64,000 nt of DNA from Alphaproteobacteria bacterium. Lineage in GTDB: Bacteria > Pseudomonadota > Alphaproteobacteria > JAUHZY01. A program made the position numbers and the translations under genes. The first letter of the stretch is position 1, and each line of letters begins with the position of its first letter. Of the stretch, positions 51,076 to 59,708 are shown in pieces. Under the pieces are notes generated by a model, which saw nothing but the letters and a program-made list of their open reading frames with translations, ran no database searches and was not told the DNA's origin. The DNA is taken from assembly GCA_030425825.1 (NCBI GenBank), contig JAUHZY010000001.1, positions 838,834 to 902,833 on the forward strand, written 5' to 3'.

Positions 51076-54000
51076 ATGACTGTTTATAAATACACAGAAG
51101 CTCTTAAGTCACCTTGGGCAGTACTTGACTTTGATCCATCAGCAGATGTGCTCAACTTTTCTGGCGTGGCCCTTTCAAAGATATATCTGATTCTTGATGA
51201 TAGAGGCGTTTTGTTTGTCGCACCTAATTATGGTTCTCTGTTTGTTCCAGGCTTATCACTTTCTGAAATATCTGTAGGAGGTGCCAACGCAAATATAGTT
51301 GGCCACGGCAACGCACAGCTTGTTGTTTCAGAAGATAATACAGGTCTCGACACAATGCCAGCAGCCGAATACACCTACGGCGATGGTGGATCAAATAGCC
51401 TTTCAGGCTCTGAGACCACAGACTTTATTTACGGTTTTGAAGGTAGAGACACTATTATTGGTGGTGAAGGTAATGACACCCTCCTCGGGGACGAAGGCAA
51501 TGACTCTATCGTTGGTGGTGATGATGACGATGTTATCCACGGCAATGGTGGCGAAGATGATATTGACGGAGATGATGGACACGACTTTTTACGCGGCGGA
51601 AAAGAAGATGACTCTATAAGGGGCGGCCTTGGGAATGACAGCCTTTATGGAGATAAAGGAAATGATACGCTGCTTGGCGAAAACGGTGAAGACCAGCTTT
51701 ACGGCGGCGAAGGCAATGACAGTCTTGTTGGCGACGACAATAATGATTTTCTTCAAGGGAATGAAGGTGAAGACCAGCTTTATGGTGGCGATGATCACGA
51801 CACAATTCGTGGCGGAAAAGACAATGATACAATTGATGGGGAAGAAGGAAACGACAGCCTGCTTGGCGATCTTGGTGATGACTTTATTGTTGGCAACAGC
51901 GGGCATGACTTTATAGAAGGCGGCGCAAGTCGTGACACAATCGATGGCGGTAATAACAATGATACACTGCAAGGTGGTGAGAACAATGACAGCCTTGTCG
52001 GGGGCATGGGTGATGACTCTATAAGAGGTGGAAAACACGAAGATATTCTTATCGGTGGAAGCGGAAATGACGTCGCAAAAGGCGATCTTGGGGATGATGC
52101 GGTTACTGGAGGGTCCAATAATGACTTCCTAGAAGGTGGTGACGGCACAGATACATTTTATTTTCACTATGATATGTGCGTTGTCAGCAGAGATGCCTCC
52201 ATCGACAACACAGACCAAATTATTGGGGATGGTGACGATACCATTAACGACTTTGAAGCCGCAACTGACCTTTTATATATTGAGTTAAACAATGCCGTCA
52301 CAGTTGTCGACAACGAAGGCGCTTCAGTTTACTACGACGCAGCACAAATATCTGTTGATGCAAGCAGCGGAGATATTTTCATCTGGGCCGCAGGATCGAC
52401 AAACAACCATGCTATACGTCTGGTAGGGCAGGATGTTGCATCTGAAGATTTCAGCGCAACAAACCTGGATCAATTAATAAATGATTATAATTTCAACATT
52501 ACCTTTGACAATATTGATGACGCACAAACAATCAATGGCACCGCTGCTGCAGATGACATCACCGGTGGCAATGCGAATGATATTATTTATGCATCCGGAA
52601 ATGATGATATTGTTGATGGTTATCTTGGTGATGATTCTATCAATGGCGGAGACGGCGATGATACACTAGACGGTGGGGCAGGAAACGACACAAGTCGTGG
52701 AAATACAGGTGATGATATTCTTTATGGGGATGTTGGCAATGACTCTCTTCTTGGGGAAAATGGCAATGATACACTAGATGGTGGCAGTGGTAATGATGCC
52801 CTTATTGGCGGACTGGGCGACGATGTTTATATTATAGATGGTAATGATACAATCACAGAGGCAGCAGCCCAGGGAACAGACGAAGTACAAGCTACAGAAA
52901 GCTATACACTTGCCGCAAACCTTGAGAATCTTACTCTCCTTGGAACAGAAAACTTAAGTGGAACAGGAAACACTTCCGACAACAGTATTACTGGAAATGA
53001 TGGCGGCAATACACTTAATGGCGGGAATGGTGATGATACACTATACGGAGATAGTGGTCATGATACAGCCTATGGTGGTGATGATGATGACAGCATTGAT
53101 GGGGGATCAGGGAATGATGTCTTAGAGGGTGGCGACGGGAATGATACTTTAAGCGGTGGCGATAACAATGACACCTTAGATGGGGGAACAGGAAACGATA
53201 TTATCTTTGGCGGCAGTGGAGTTGATAACATTTTGGGTGGTGAAGGCAACGATATCCTGCGCGGCGGTGATGGAAACGACACCATCGGCGGTGGAGCAGG
53301 CGATGATACAGTCCGCGGAGACAATAATGATGACAGCCTTTTAGGAGGAGATGGCAACGATATCGTCGGTGGCGGAAATGGCGACGACACACTCGAAGGT
53401 AATGCAGGAAATGATAGCCTCCTCGGCGGATCCGGCAATGACAGAATGACTGACAGTTTTGGAGAAAACAGCTTTGCTGCTGGCACTGGGGATGACATCG
53501 TTGTTGCGGGCGATTCTGCTGATGATATTTCTGGCGATGATGGTGATGACACATTAAACGGAAACGACGGTGATGATACAATGCATGGCGGTAGCGGCAA
53601 TGATACCGTGCTTGGTGGCACTGGTGATGACACACTCAATGGTGGCGATGATGATGATACGCTTGAAGGTGGCAACGGAGAGGATAGCATCGCAGGTGAT
53701 AGCGGGAATGATACGCTTGAAGGCGACGATGGGGATGACACACTTTTTGGCAATGACGGCGAAGATACAGTACTTGGTGGAACTGGGGATGATACGCTTC
53801 ATGGCGGCAGCGGGAATGACTCACTAGAAGGTAACGATGGTGACGACAGCATCCTTGGCGGCACAGGAAACGATACATTGTCAGGTAATACTGGTGACGA
53901 CACGCTTCATGGTGGCAGCGGGAATGACTCACTAGAAGGTAATGATGGGGATGATAGCATCCTTGGCGGCACAGGAAATGATACGATCCGAGGGGAAAGC

Positions 54001-54561
54001 GATGATGATACTCTTCTTGGTGGAACTGGAGAAGACAGCATCCTTGGCGGTGATAGCGCTGACGTTATTCTTGGCGGCAAAAGCTCTGATACACTTAGCG
54101 GTGGAACAGGAAATGACTCTATATCAGGTGAATCTGGCGCAGATTACCTCTTTGGCGGCGTTGGCAATGATACGCTTGAAGGTGGCGAAGATGTCGATAC
54201 CTTTGTTTTCTCATACGATATGGGCGACCTAGACTTTGCTGCCAGCAGAGATAAACTAGGCAGTATTACAGGTGATGGATATGACTTTGTTATGGACTTT
54301 TCTGTCGGCACAGACGTCTTAGACATCAGGTTTGACAATACACAAGGCGTCAACAGCGGTGGTGCCCTTGTCAGCTATACAGCAGGACTTGTCTCTATCG
54401 TATCTCAAGGCTTGGGGGTTGTAGACATCTTTATTGACACACAAACAAGTGGCGTTCAGCTTATCAGACTAATGAATCAAGGTGGAATTGCCGGGAACAA
54501 CTTAAGTGAACTAGACAGTATAGATGGTTACAACATTATTTTTAACGGCGTCGTGCTTTAA
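51076..54561 (+). CDS. RTX-type calcium-binding repeat protein (probable type I secretion substrate / surface protein)
   Basis: Dozens of GGxGxDxL nonapeptides; no signal peptide; DTFVF...DF..GTD C-terminal module. Confidence 0.9.
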   Translation: MTVYKYTEALKSPWAVLDFDPSADVLNFSGVALSKIYLILDDRGVLFVAPNYGSLFVPGLSLSEISVGGANANIVGHGNAQLVVSEDNTGLDTMPAAEYTYGDGGSNSLSGSETTDFIYGFEGRDTIIGGEGNDTLLGDEGNDSIVGGDDDDVIHGNGGEDDIDGDDGHDFLRGGKEDDSIRGGLGNDSLYGDKGNDTLLGENGEDQLYGGEGNDSLVGDDNNDFLQGNEGEDQLYGGDDHDTIRGGKDNDTIDGEEGNDSLLGDLGDDFIVGNSGHDFIEGGASRDTIDGGNNNDTLQGGENNDSLVGGMGDDSIRGGKHEDILIGGSGNDVAKGDLGDDAVTGGSNNDFLEGGDGTDTFYFHYDMCVVSRDASIDNTDQIIGDGDDTINDFEAATDLLYIELNNAVTVVDNEGASVYYDAAQISVDASSGDIFIWAAGSTNNHAIRLVGQDVASEDFSATNLDQLINDYNFNITFDNIDDAQTINGTAAADDITGGNANDIIYASGNDDIVDGYLGDDSINGGDGDDTLDGGAGNDTSRGNTGDDILYGDVGNDSLLGENGNDTLDGGSGNDALIGGLGDDVYIIDGNDTITEAAAQGTDEVQATESYTLAANLENLTLLGTENLSGTGNTSDNSITGNDGGNTLNGGNGDDTLYGDSGHDTAYGGDDDDSIDGGSGNDVLEGGDGNDTLSGGDNNDTLDGGTGNDIIFGGSGVDNILGGEGNDILRGGDGNDTIGGGAGDDTVRGDNNDDSLLGGDGNDIVGGGNGDDTLEGNAGNDSLLGGSGNDRMTDSFGENSFAAGTGDDIVVAGDSADDISGDDGDDTLNGNDGDDTMHGGSGNDTVLGGTGDDTLNGGDDDDTLEGGNGEDSIAGDSGNDTLEGDDGDDTLFGNDGEDTVLGGTGDDTLHGGSGNDSLEGNDGDDSILGGTGNDTLSGNTGDDTLHGGSGNDSLEGNDGDDSILGGTGNDTIRGESDDDTLLGGTGEDSILGGDSADVILGGKSSDTLSGGTGNDSISGESGADYLFGGVGNDTLEGGEDVDTFVFSYDMGDLDFAASRDKLGSITGDGYDFVMDFSVGTDVLDIRFDNTQGVNSGGALVSYTAGLVSIVSQGLGVVDIFIDTQTSGVQLIRLMNQGGIAGNNLSELDSIDGYNIIFNGVVL
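53794..53984 (+). repeat. 108-bp-period near-identical duplication inside the RTX gene
   Basis: ACGCTTCATGGYGGCAGCGGGAATGACTCACTAGAAGGTAAYGATGG...CATCCTTGGCGGCACAGGAAAYGATAC at 53794 and 53902. Confidence 0.85.
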
Positions 54562-55955
54562 CGTCGATCATCAGAGTCAGTTGCTTCCAACAATGTTTCA
54601 AACATTTCATCTGCTGTCTTAACAACTGCAGCATTCGCTTTGTAAGCCGCACTTGCAATCATCATATCGGTTATTTCATCATCCAGGGAAACATTACTCT
54701 GCTCAATCGAATTAGCAGAGATACTACCTATTCCCGCATTGCCTGGTGTTGTTACAAAAGGCTGCCCTGAATACGCAGAAACCTCATATGCATTTCCTCG
54801 CACCTGCTTTAATCCGGAATAATTGTTAAAATCTGCAACAGCAACCTGTGAAACATTTTGCGTTGTTCCATTTTCAAATGAAGCAACTACAGCCCCTTTT
54901 GAATCAATAGAAACATCCTGAAGTTGACCAGACTGCTTGCCATCTTGTGACAGAGCTTGAACGCCGATACTACTTCCTGCAAAACTTGTCGTGCTGGATG
55001 TCACCTTGCCTATTTCTCCAAGATTAATAGAAACATTTTGTGGTGATGCGGGACGATACGTCCCGCCACTGAAGTCAAGCTGTATACCAAATGACCCCGC
55101 ACCTGTCGCAGCGCCGAAAGTGGCTGCCCCTGTACCATGTACTGGCCCGGATGTTGGATAAACACCTGCCAAAGCACCATTTGAATCAAATTCAACCCCC
55201 ACCTCGAAGAAGCTCTGCGATCCCCCTAAACTTGGCGCATCTATTTGCAGATTGGCCCCTGATACTGCAGAGCTTCCCGAAACACTTAGAATATATTTGT
55301 TGCCACCAGCAGAGCCAAACGAAGACGCTAAGCCACCTGCTGGGTCAAGCTTTGTAAAATTAAGTTCCAATGTATGTTCACCACCAAGCGAGTCAACAAC
55401 TTTTGTCTGAATAGGCCCTTGTACATTTGCAAGTGATGATGCGCTGGCAGCCGCAGCAATATCTGCATCTGAAGATGTCGCCGCGTTAGATGGCACGTTG
55501 GCTTGCAAAGATACCTGAGATGTTGGAACAGGACCGCTTGTAAGTTCAGAAACCTTTATTGGAGACAATGCGCCAGCCCCTCCTTCTGATGGGAACCCAA
55601 GCAAATAATAGCCTGCACTATTTCTCAAAAATCCATCTCCGTCTGGCGCAAAATCACCCGATCTTGTGTAAAACTGCCCACCATTCCCATCGGATCTGTC
55701 GCTGACAGCAAAAAGTCCAGGTCCATTAAGGGCTAGATTTGTTGAAACATCTGTTGATGTTTGACTCCCTCCGATGCCCACTGTGTAAACAGGGTGCGTT
55801 TTGACGCCGCCAGAGGATGTTGTTTGGTAACGTGTATCAACACGAGAATAGCCAGAACTTGAAGCGTTTGAGATATTTTGTGAAATATTATTTAAACCAC
55901 GCGAAAAGGCGTTGAGACCTGATACACCGTTAATTAATGAGCTATATAATGTCAT
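54558..55955 (-). CDS. Divergent FlgE-like hook protein, paralog 3
   Basis: GVSGL..ISQNISNA...GY, FYTRSGDF..D.DGFLRNSAGYYLLG, DSLGGEH, EQSNVSLDDE...AYKANAAVVKTADEM. Confidence 0.82.
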   Translation of the reverse strand: MTLYSSLINGVSGLNAFSRGLNNISQNISNASSSGYSRVDTRYQTTSSGGVKTHPVYTVGIGGSQTSTDVSTNLALNGPGLFAVSDRSDGNGGQFYTRSGDFAPDGDGFLRNSAGYYLLGFPSEGGAGALSPIKVSELTSGPVPTSQVSLQANVPSNAATSSDADIAAAASASSLANVQGPIQTKVVDSLGGEHTLELNFTKLDPAGGLASSFGSAGGNKYILSVSGSSAVSGANLQIDAPSLGGSQSFFEVGVEFDSNGALAGVYPTSGPVHGTGAATFGAATGAGSFGIQLDFSGGTYRPASPQNVSINLGEIGKVTSSTTSFAGSSIGVQALSQDGKQSGQLQDVSIDSKGAVVASFENGTTQNVSQVAVADFNNYSGLKQVRGNAYEVSAYSGQPFVTTPGNAGIGSISANSIEQSNVSLDDEITDMMIASAAYKANAAVVKTADEMFETLLEATDSDDRR

Positions 55956-56014
55956 ATCGTGCGCTCCTTTTTGGCTAGCACTTCGCTTCTCGTTATTAAG
56001 AACAACTTTTGACC

Positions 56015-56043
56015 ATTATAGCACAATTTTTAAGCACATTGAA
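56015..56043 (-). promoter_or_regulatory. Sigma-70-type promoter (extended -10) upstream of flgE paralog 3
   Basis: TTCAAT-17bp-TATAAT with TG at the extended -10 position, minus strand. Confidence 0.6.
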
Positions 56044-56055
56044 CCCCTGCGGAAG

Positions 56056-57255
56056 CTAGGAAACTTCAAGCCATTTTGACATTTCTTCTTGAATTGAATC
56101 ACTTTTTATCGCCTGGCGAACACTGCTCATTAGATCATTCATAAAATGAATATTGTGAATCGCAAGAAGCTGCATTCCTAACATTTCTTTTGCTTTGAAA
56201 AGGTGATGGATATATCCCCTACTATGTGTCTGGCAAGTATAACAACCGCATGATGTGTCCAACGGCTCTGGATCATTTTTGAATCTGGCATTCACTAAAT
56301 TCAGATTTGTTTCACGCCCCTTTATATAAGCGCTTCCATGCCGCGCAATACGTGTCGGTGTTACACAGTCAAAGGTATCAATCCCACGCTGCACACCTTC
56401 CCAAACATCACGAATACCACCAATTCCTAGAAGGTGTACAGGGCAATCACGGCGCACATAATCCATTGCCATGGATGTTACGTCATACATTTGTTCTTTA
56501 GAGCTTCCAAGACAACCGCCCACAGCAATACCAAAAAAATCTTGCTCTGAAGCAAATTCAGCGCTTTCTTTTCGAAGGTCGGCATAAACACCTCCCTGTA
56601 CGATACCATATAGTGCTTGAGGTTTTTTTGTTGCTGGACTTACAGTATCTTTTCTAAACTGCTCAAGCCCACGCTTTGCCCAACGATGAGACATGCGCAT
56701 TGAGTTTGCTGTATAATCTTTTGTAACATGAAAAGGCGTGCACTCATCAAGAACAAGGATAATATCAGCCCCAATTTTCCGTTGAATCTCGATAGCTGAT
56801 TCTGGTGTTAATGTTTTAATAGATCCATCAATATAAGATTTAAATCTTGCGCCAGACTCGTCAATTCCCAGGAGTGACTTTTTGCGCTTTTGACTTTGCT
56901 GCTCCCCTTTGATTTCTGCAACAACACCACCATGTCCTAGCGAAAACACCTGAAAACCACCAGAGTCCGTCAACATAGGGCCATCCCAACCTGTAAACTT
57001 ATGCAAACCGCCCATTTCACAGATCAGGTCTTCACCTGGCTGCAAATGTAAGTGATACGTGTTGCCTAGAATAATTTGTGTATTTTCATCTTTTGTTTGC
57101 TTGATCGTCGCAATTTTCATTGCAGCTTTGGTCGCACAAAAAATAAAAGCAGGTGTCTCAAGTGGGCCATGAGGTGTGTTTAAGGTCCCAATTCTGGCAC
57201 GACTTTTCTGTGATGTATAATGTATATCGAAAGAAAACTCAGGGTAAGAGTCCAT
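56056..57255 (-). CDS. tgt: tRNA-guanine(34) transglycosylase
   Basis: NTYHL, TDSGGFQVFSL, LDEC, GIVQGG, DTFDCVTPTR, C.C.TC zinc site, HN. Confidence 0.95.
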   Translation of the reverse strand: MDSYPEFSFDIHYTSQKSRARIGTLNTPHGPLETPAFIFCATKAAMKIATIKQTKDENTQIILGNTYHLHLQPGEDLICEMGGLHKFTGWDGPMLTDSGGFQVFSLGHGGVVAEIKGEQQSQKRKKSLLGIDESGARFKSYIDGSIKTLTPESAIEIQRKIGADIILVLDECTPFHVTKDYTANSMRMSHRWAKRGLEQFRKDTVSPATKKPQALYGIVQGGVYADLRKESAEFASEQDFFGIAVGGCLGSSKEQMYDVTSMAMDYVRRDCPVHLLGIGGIRDVWEGVQRGIDTFDCVTPTRIARHGSAYIKGRETNLNLVNARFKNDPEPLDTSCGCYTCQTHSRGYIHHLFKAKEMLGMQLLAIHNIHFMNDLMSSVRQAIKSDSIQEEMSKWLEVS

Positions 57256-57263
57256 AACAGCGG

Positions 57264-58037
57264 TTACCGGCCTTTAGGAACAAAATATTTAGCCAAATAT
57301 AAAAACGGTGTATCAAGTAAAGAAATGACAACACGCAAGCCAAACGTCCCCAAAATATATGTGAAGATAAGCGTATGAGTATCAACAGGGTTATCAGAAA
57401 AAATAATCCAAGCGAAAACGTTGAAAATAATACTATCAATAATAGCTGACAGAATTGTCGAAACATTATTTCTTAGCCACAAGGCACGTTGCCCTGTAAG
57501 ACGCTTCAGCCATGAGAACATCCAAATATCATAATATTGACTGCAAAGATAAGCGATCATACTCGCCGCGAATATAGCAGGCGCAGGCATAAATAAGGAA
57601 GTCATATGACCGTGGTTAGCAACAGCCCAAGACATATCAGGGCCAACAGCAGAAGCTGGTGCAGGCGCATACCCCATGCCCAGAACCATAATAACAGTCA
57701 TTAAGATATAGCCAGAAAAGCCGAGCCAAATACCGCGCCGCGCTTTTTCTTTACCATAAAACTCAGTCAATATGTCTGTACAAAGATATGTAAGCGCGAA
57801 AATTTCTGTGCCCAAAGCCACGGGATGACCATAAAAGGGAAAACTGACGACTTTTAAAACTTGAATATTTGCTGCGATGACACCGACAACAATAAAAACA
57901 TAAAGACCTACTGCGCCAAAAAAGCGCAACATAAACAAAACCGCGGAAAAACAAAAAACTGTCATGAGGCCAAGAACGTAAGGTGTTGGCAACCCTCCCA
58001 AATATGAAACGATTTCGGTTGGGTATAATCCTAACAT
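57264..58037 (-). CDS. Queuosine precursor transporter (YhhQ/Vut_1 family)
   Basis: AANIQVLK, TDILTEFYG..ARR, ASMIAYLCSQYYD, LWLRNNVST, DTPFLY; adjacent to tgt. Confidence 0.88.
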   Translation of the reverse strand: MLGLYPTEIVSYLGGLPTPYVLGLMTVFCFSAVLFMLRFFGAVGLYVFIVVGVIAANIQVLKVVSFPFYGHPVALGTEIFALTYLCTDILTEFYGKEKARRGIWLGFSGYILMTVIMVLGMGYAPAPASAVGPDMSWAVANHGHMTSLFMPAPAIFAASMIAYLCSQYYDIWMFSWLKRLTGQRALWLRNNVSTILSAIIDSIIFNVFAWIIFSDNPVDTHTLIFTYILGTFGLRVVISLLDTPFLYLAKYFVPKGR

Positions 58038-58646
58038 CTATTTTTGCCCTTGTTCTTGCTTTTCTTTTCTTTTTTTCTCTTGATGAGCTTTTTTAAGTCT
58101 CTCGTACTCATCTTTTGCATACTGAAAGTTCTTTACAATCACCCAAAAACCACCGTGTTCACCATAGTTTTGAAGCTTTGCAACCATAAAGCGAGATTCA
58201 ATTTTTGGAAACCACCACCCTAATTGCTCTTGAATCAGATGCGCGTTGCGGCCATCTGACAATGTTTTAGCTGCTGGGTATGTTGCAACGTTAAAAAAGC
58301 CATGGCCTTTTGTAACGCGCTGCAAGTCATCAAGAACATTATCAAGTAAGTCAGGCTCAATATGCTCTAGAACATCTGTGCAAACCACAAAGTCTGCGGG
58401 CTCAGCTGGCGCAGAAAGCTCTTCAAAAGCGGGATCGTAACCTTTGATATTCAAGTGAGGAAGAGATCTTGCAAGCGTCTGCTTCCCACATCCATAATCT
58501 AGAATTGTTTCTGCCTTCATATTTGTCGCAAGGCGGTCTATTTTTTTTGCCCATCTAGAGCCCGACACGCCATAAAACTTATTAGATTCATGAAGATCAG
58601 CATTTTGACGTCTGTACTCTTCACTAATCAGTGCATTTGAAGACAT
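58038..58646 (-). CDS. Class I SAM-dependent methyltransferase
   Basis: ILDYGCGK, YDPA, VVCTDVLEHIEP, DGRNAHL. Confidence 0.85.
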   Translation of the reverse strand: MSSNALISEEYRRQNADLHESNKFYGVSGSRWAKKIDRLATNMKAETILDYGCGKQTLARSLPHLNIKGYDPAFEELSAPAEPADFVVCTDVLEHIEPDLLDNVLDDLQRVTKGHGFFNVATYPAAKTLSDGRNAHLIQEQLGWWFPKIESRFMVAKLQNYGEHGGFWVIVKNFQYAKDEYERLKKAHQEKKRKEKQEQGQK

Positions 58647-58662
58647 TAACTACTCCTTAGAA

Positions 58663-58947
58663 TTAGCTAGCTTTTTTCATTTTTTGCAAACGTTTTTTCA
58701 GCTTTAAAGATTCTGTAGAAAGCTTACTGTTTGCTGTGTTTTCAAGATATGCCTCGATACCACCATTTTTTTCAATCGTACGCAAAGCAGCAACAGAAAT
58801 ACGCATGCTAACTTTACCTAAAGTTTCACTGAAGAACCCGACTGATTGAAGGTTTGGCATAAAACGACGACGTGTTTTATTGTTCGCGTGAGAAACATTA
58901 TTCCCCGTCTGAACAGACTTACCTGAAACTTGACAACGTTTCGACAT
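58663..58947 (-). CDS. rpmB: 50S ribosomal protein L28
   Basis: [29 protein letters not shown]. Confidence 0.97.
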   Translation of the reverse strand: MSKRCQVSGKSVQTGNNVSHANNKTRRRFMPNLQSVGFFSETLGKVSMRISVAALRTIEKNGGIEAYLENTANSKLSTESLKLKKRLQKMKKAS

Positions 58948-59075
58948 TGTTCAATCCCTTTTTTATTTGTTGTAGTGAGCGTGGCATTATATTAGCATTA
59001 ATCTTCTGGTCAAACCTTTTTTTGTAAAAATAACGAACTATATAATAAAAAACAGGATTATAACGAGATTGTAAT

Positions 59076-59624
59076 ATGAGAAAAGCAACCATTGAACATA
59101 CAACACACCACTCTTCTGTCACAATAACCATCAACCTTGATGGCACAGGAGAGCACAATATAGACACAGGCATTGGCTACATGGACCATATGCTTAGCCA
59201 AATGTCAAAACACGGTCGTATCGACTTAGATGTGAAAGCAAAAGGCGACTATGAAGTAGATGACCACCATACGGTCGAAGACATGGGAAACGTCCTTGGT
59301 GAAGCAATTTTAAAAGCCATTGAAACAAACTCTGGCATTGAAAGATATGGTGATTCACTGATTGCCTTAGACGAAAGTCTTGTGCAGTGTGCACTAGACC
59401 TCTCAAACCGCCCCTACCTTGTCTGGAAAGTTGACTTTGAACGCGACAAAGTTGGTAATTTTGATACGGAACTTTTTAAAGAGTTTTTCTACTGCACAGC
59501 AATGTCTTCTAAAATGACGCTTCACTTTCAACAAATAGAAGGCATCAATTGTCATCACATTTCAGAAGCATGCTTTAAAGCTTTTGGGCGCGCTCTTAAA
59601 AAAGCTTGTAAGAAAATATCCTAA
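59076..59624 (+). CDS. hisB: Imidazoleglycerol-phosphate dehydratase-like protein (divergent termini)
   Basis: TGIGYMDHML, DDHHTVED, DLSNRP, NCHHISEACFKAFGRAL. Confidence 0.8.
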   Translation: MRKATIEHTTHHSSVTITINLDGTGEHNIDTGIGYMDHMLSQMSKHGRIDLDVKAKGDYEVDDHHTVEDMGNVLGEAILKAIETNSGIERYGDSLIALDESLVQCALDLSNRPYLVWKVDFERDKVGNFDTELFKEFFYCTAMSSKMTLHFQQIEGINCHHISEACFKAFGRALKKACKKIS

Positions 59625-59708
59625 ATTATGTATTGAGCCAAAGGACTAAACTGTATAAAAGGTGAAACCTTCTTAACAATTCCCTTAGAGACCAAAAACG
59701 AATAGATA

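Noticed and set aside
51400..54200. CRISPR-like or non-coding repeat array, and Ser/Pro- or His/Cys-rich antisense ORFs
   Set aside because: Periodicity is the in-frame 27-nt RTX nonapeptide repeat; the antisense ORFs are shadows of it
42803..56000. Genomic island integrated at tRNA-Leu carrying the flagellar genes
   Set aside because: No integrase, no duplicated tRNA 3' end seen, and composition similar to the flanks
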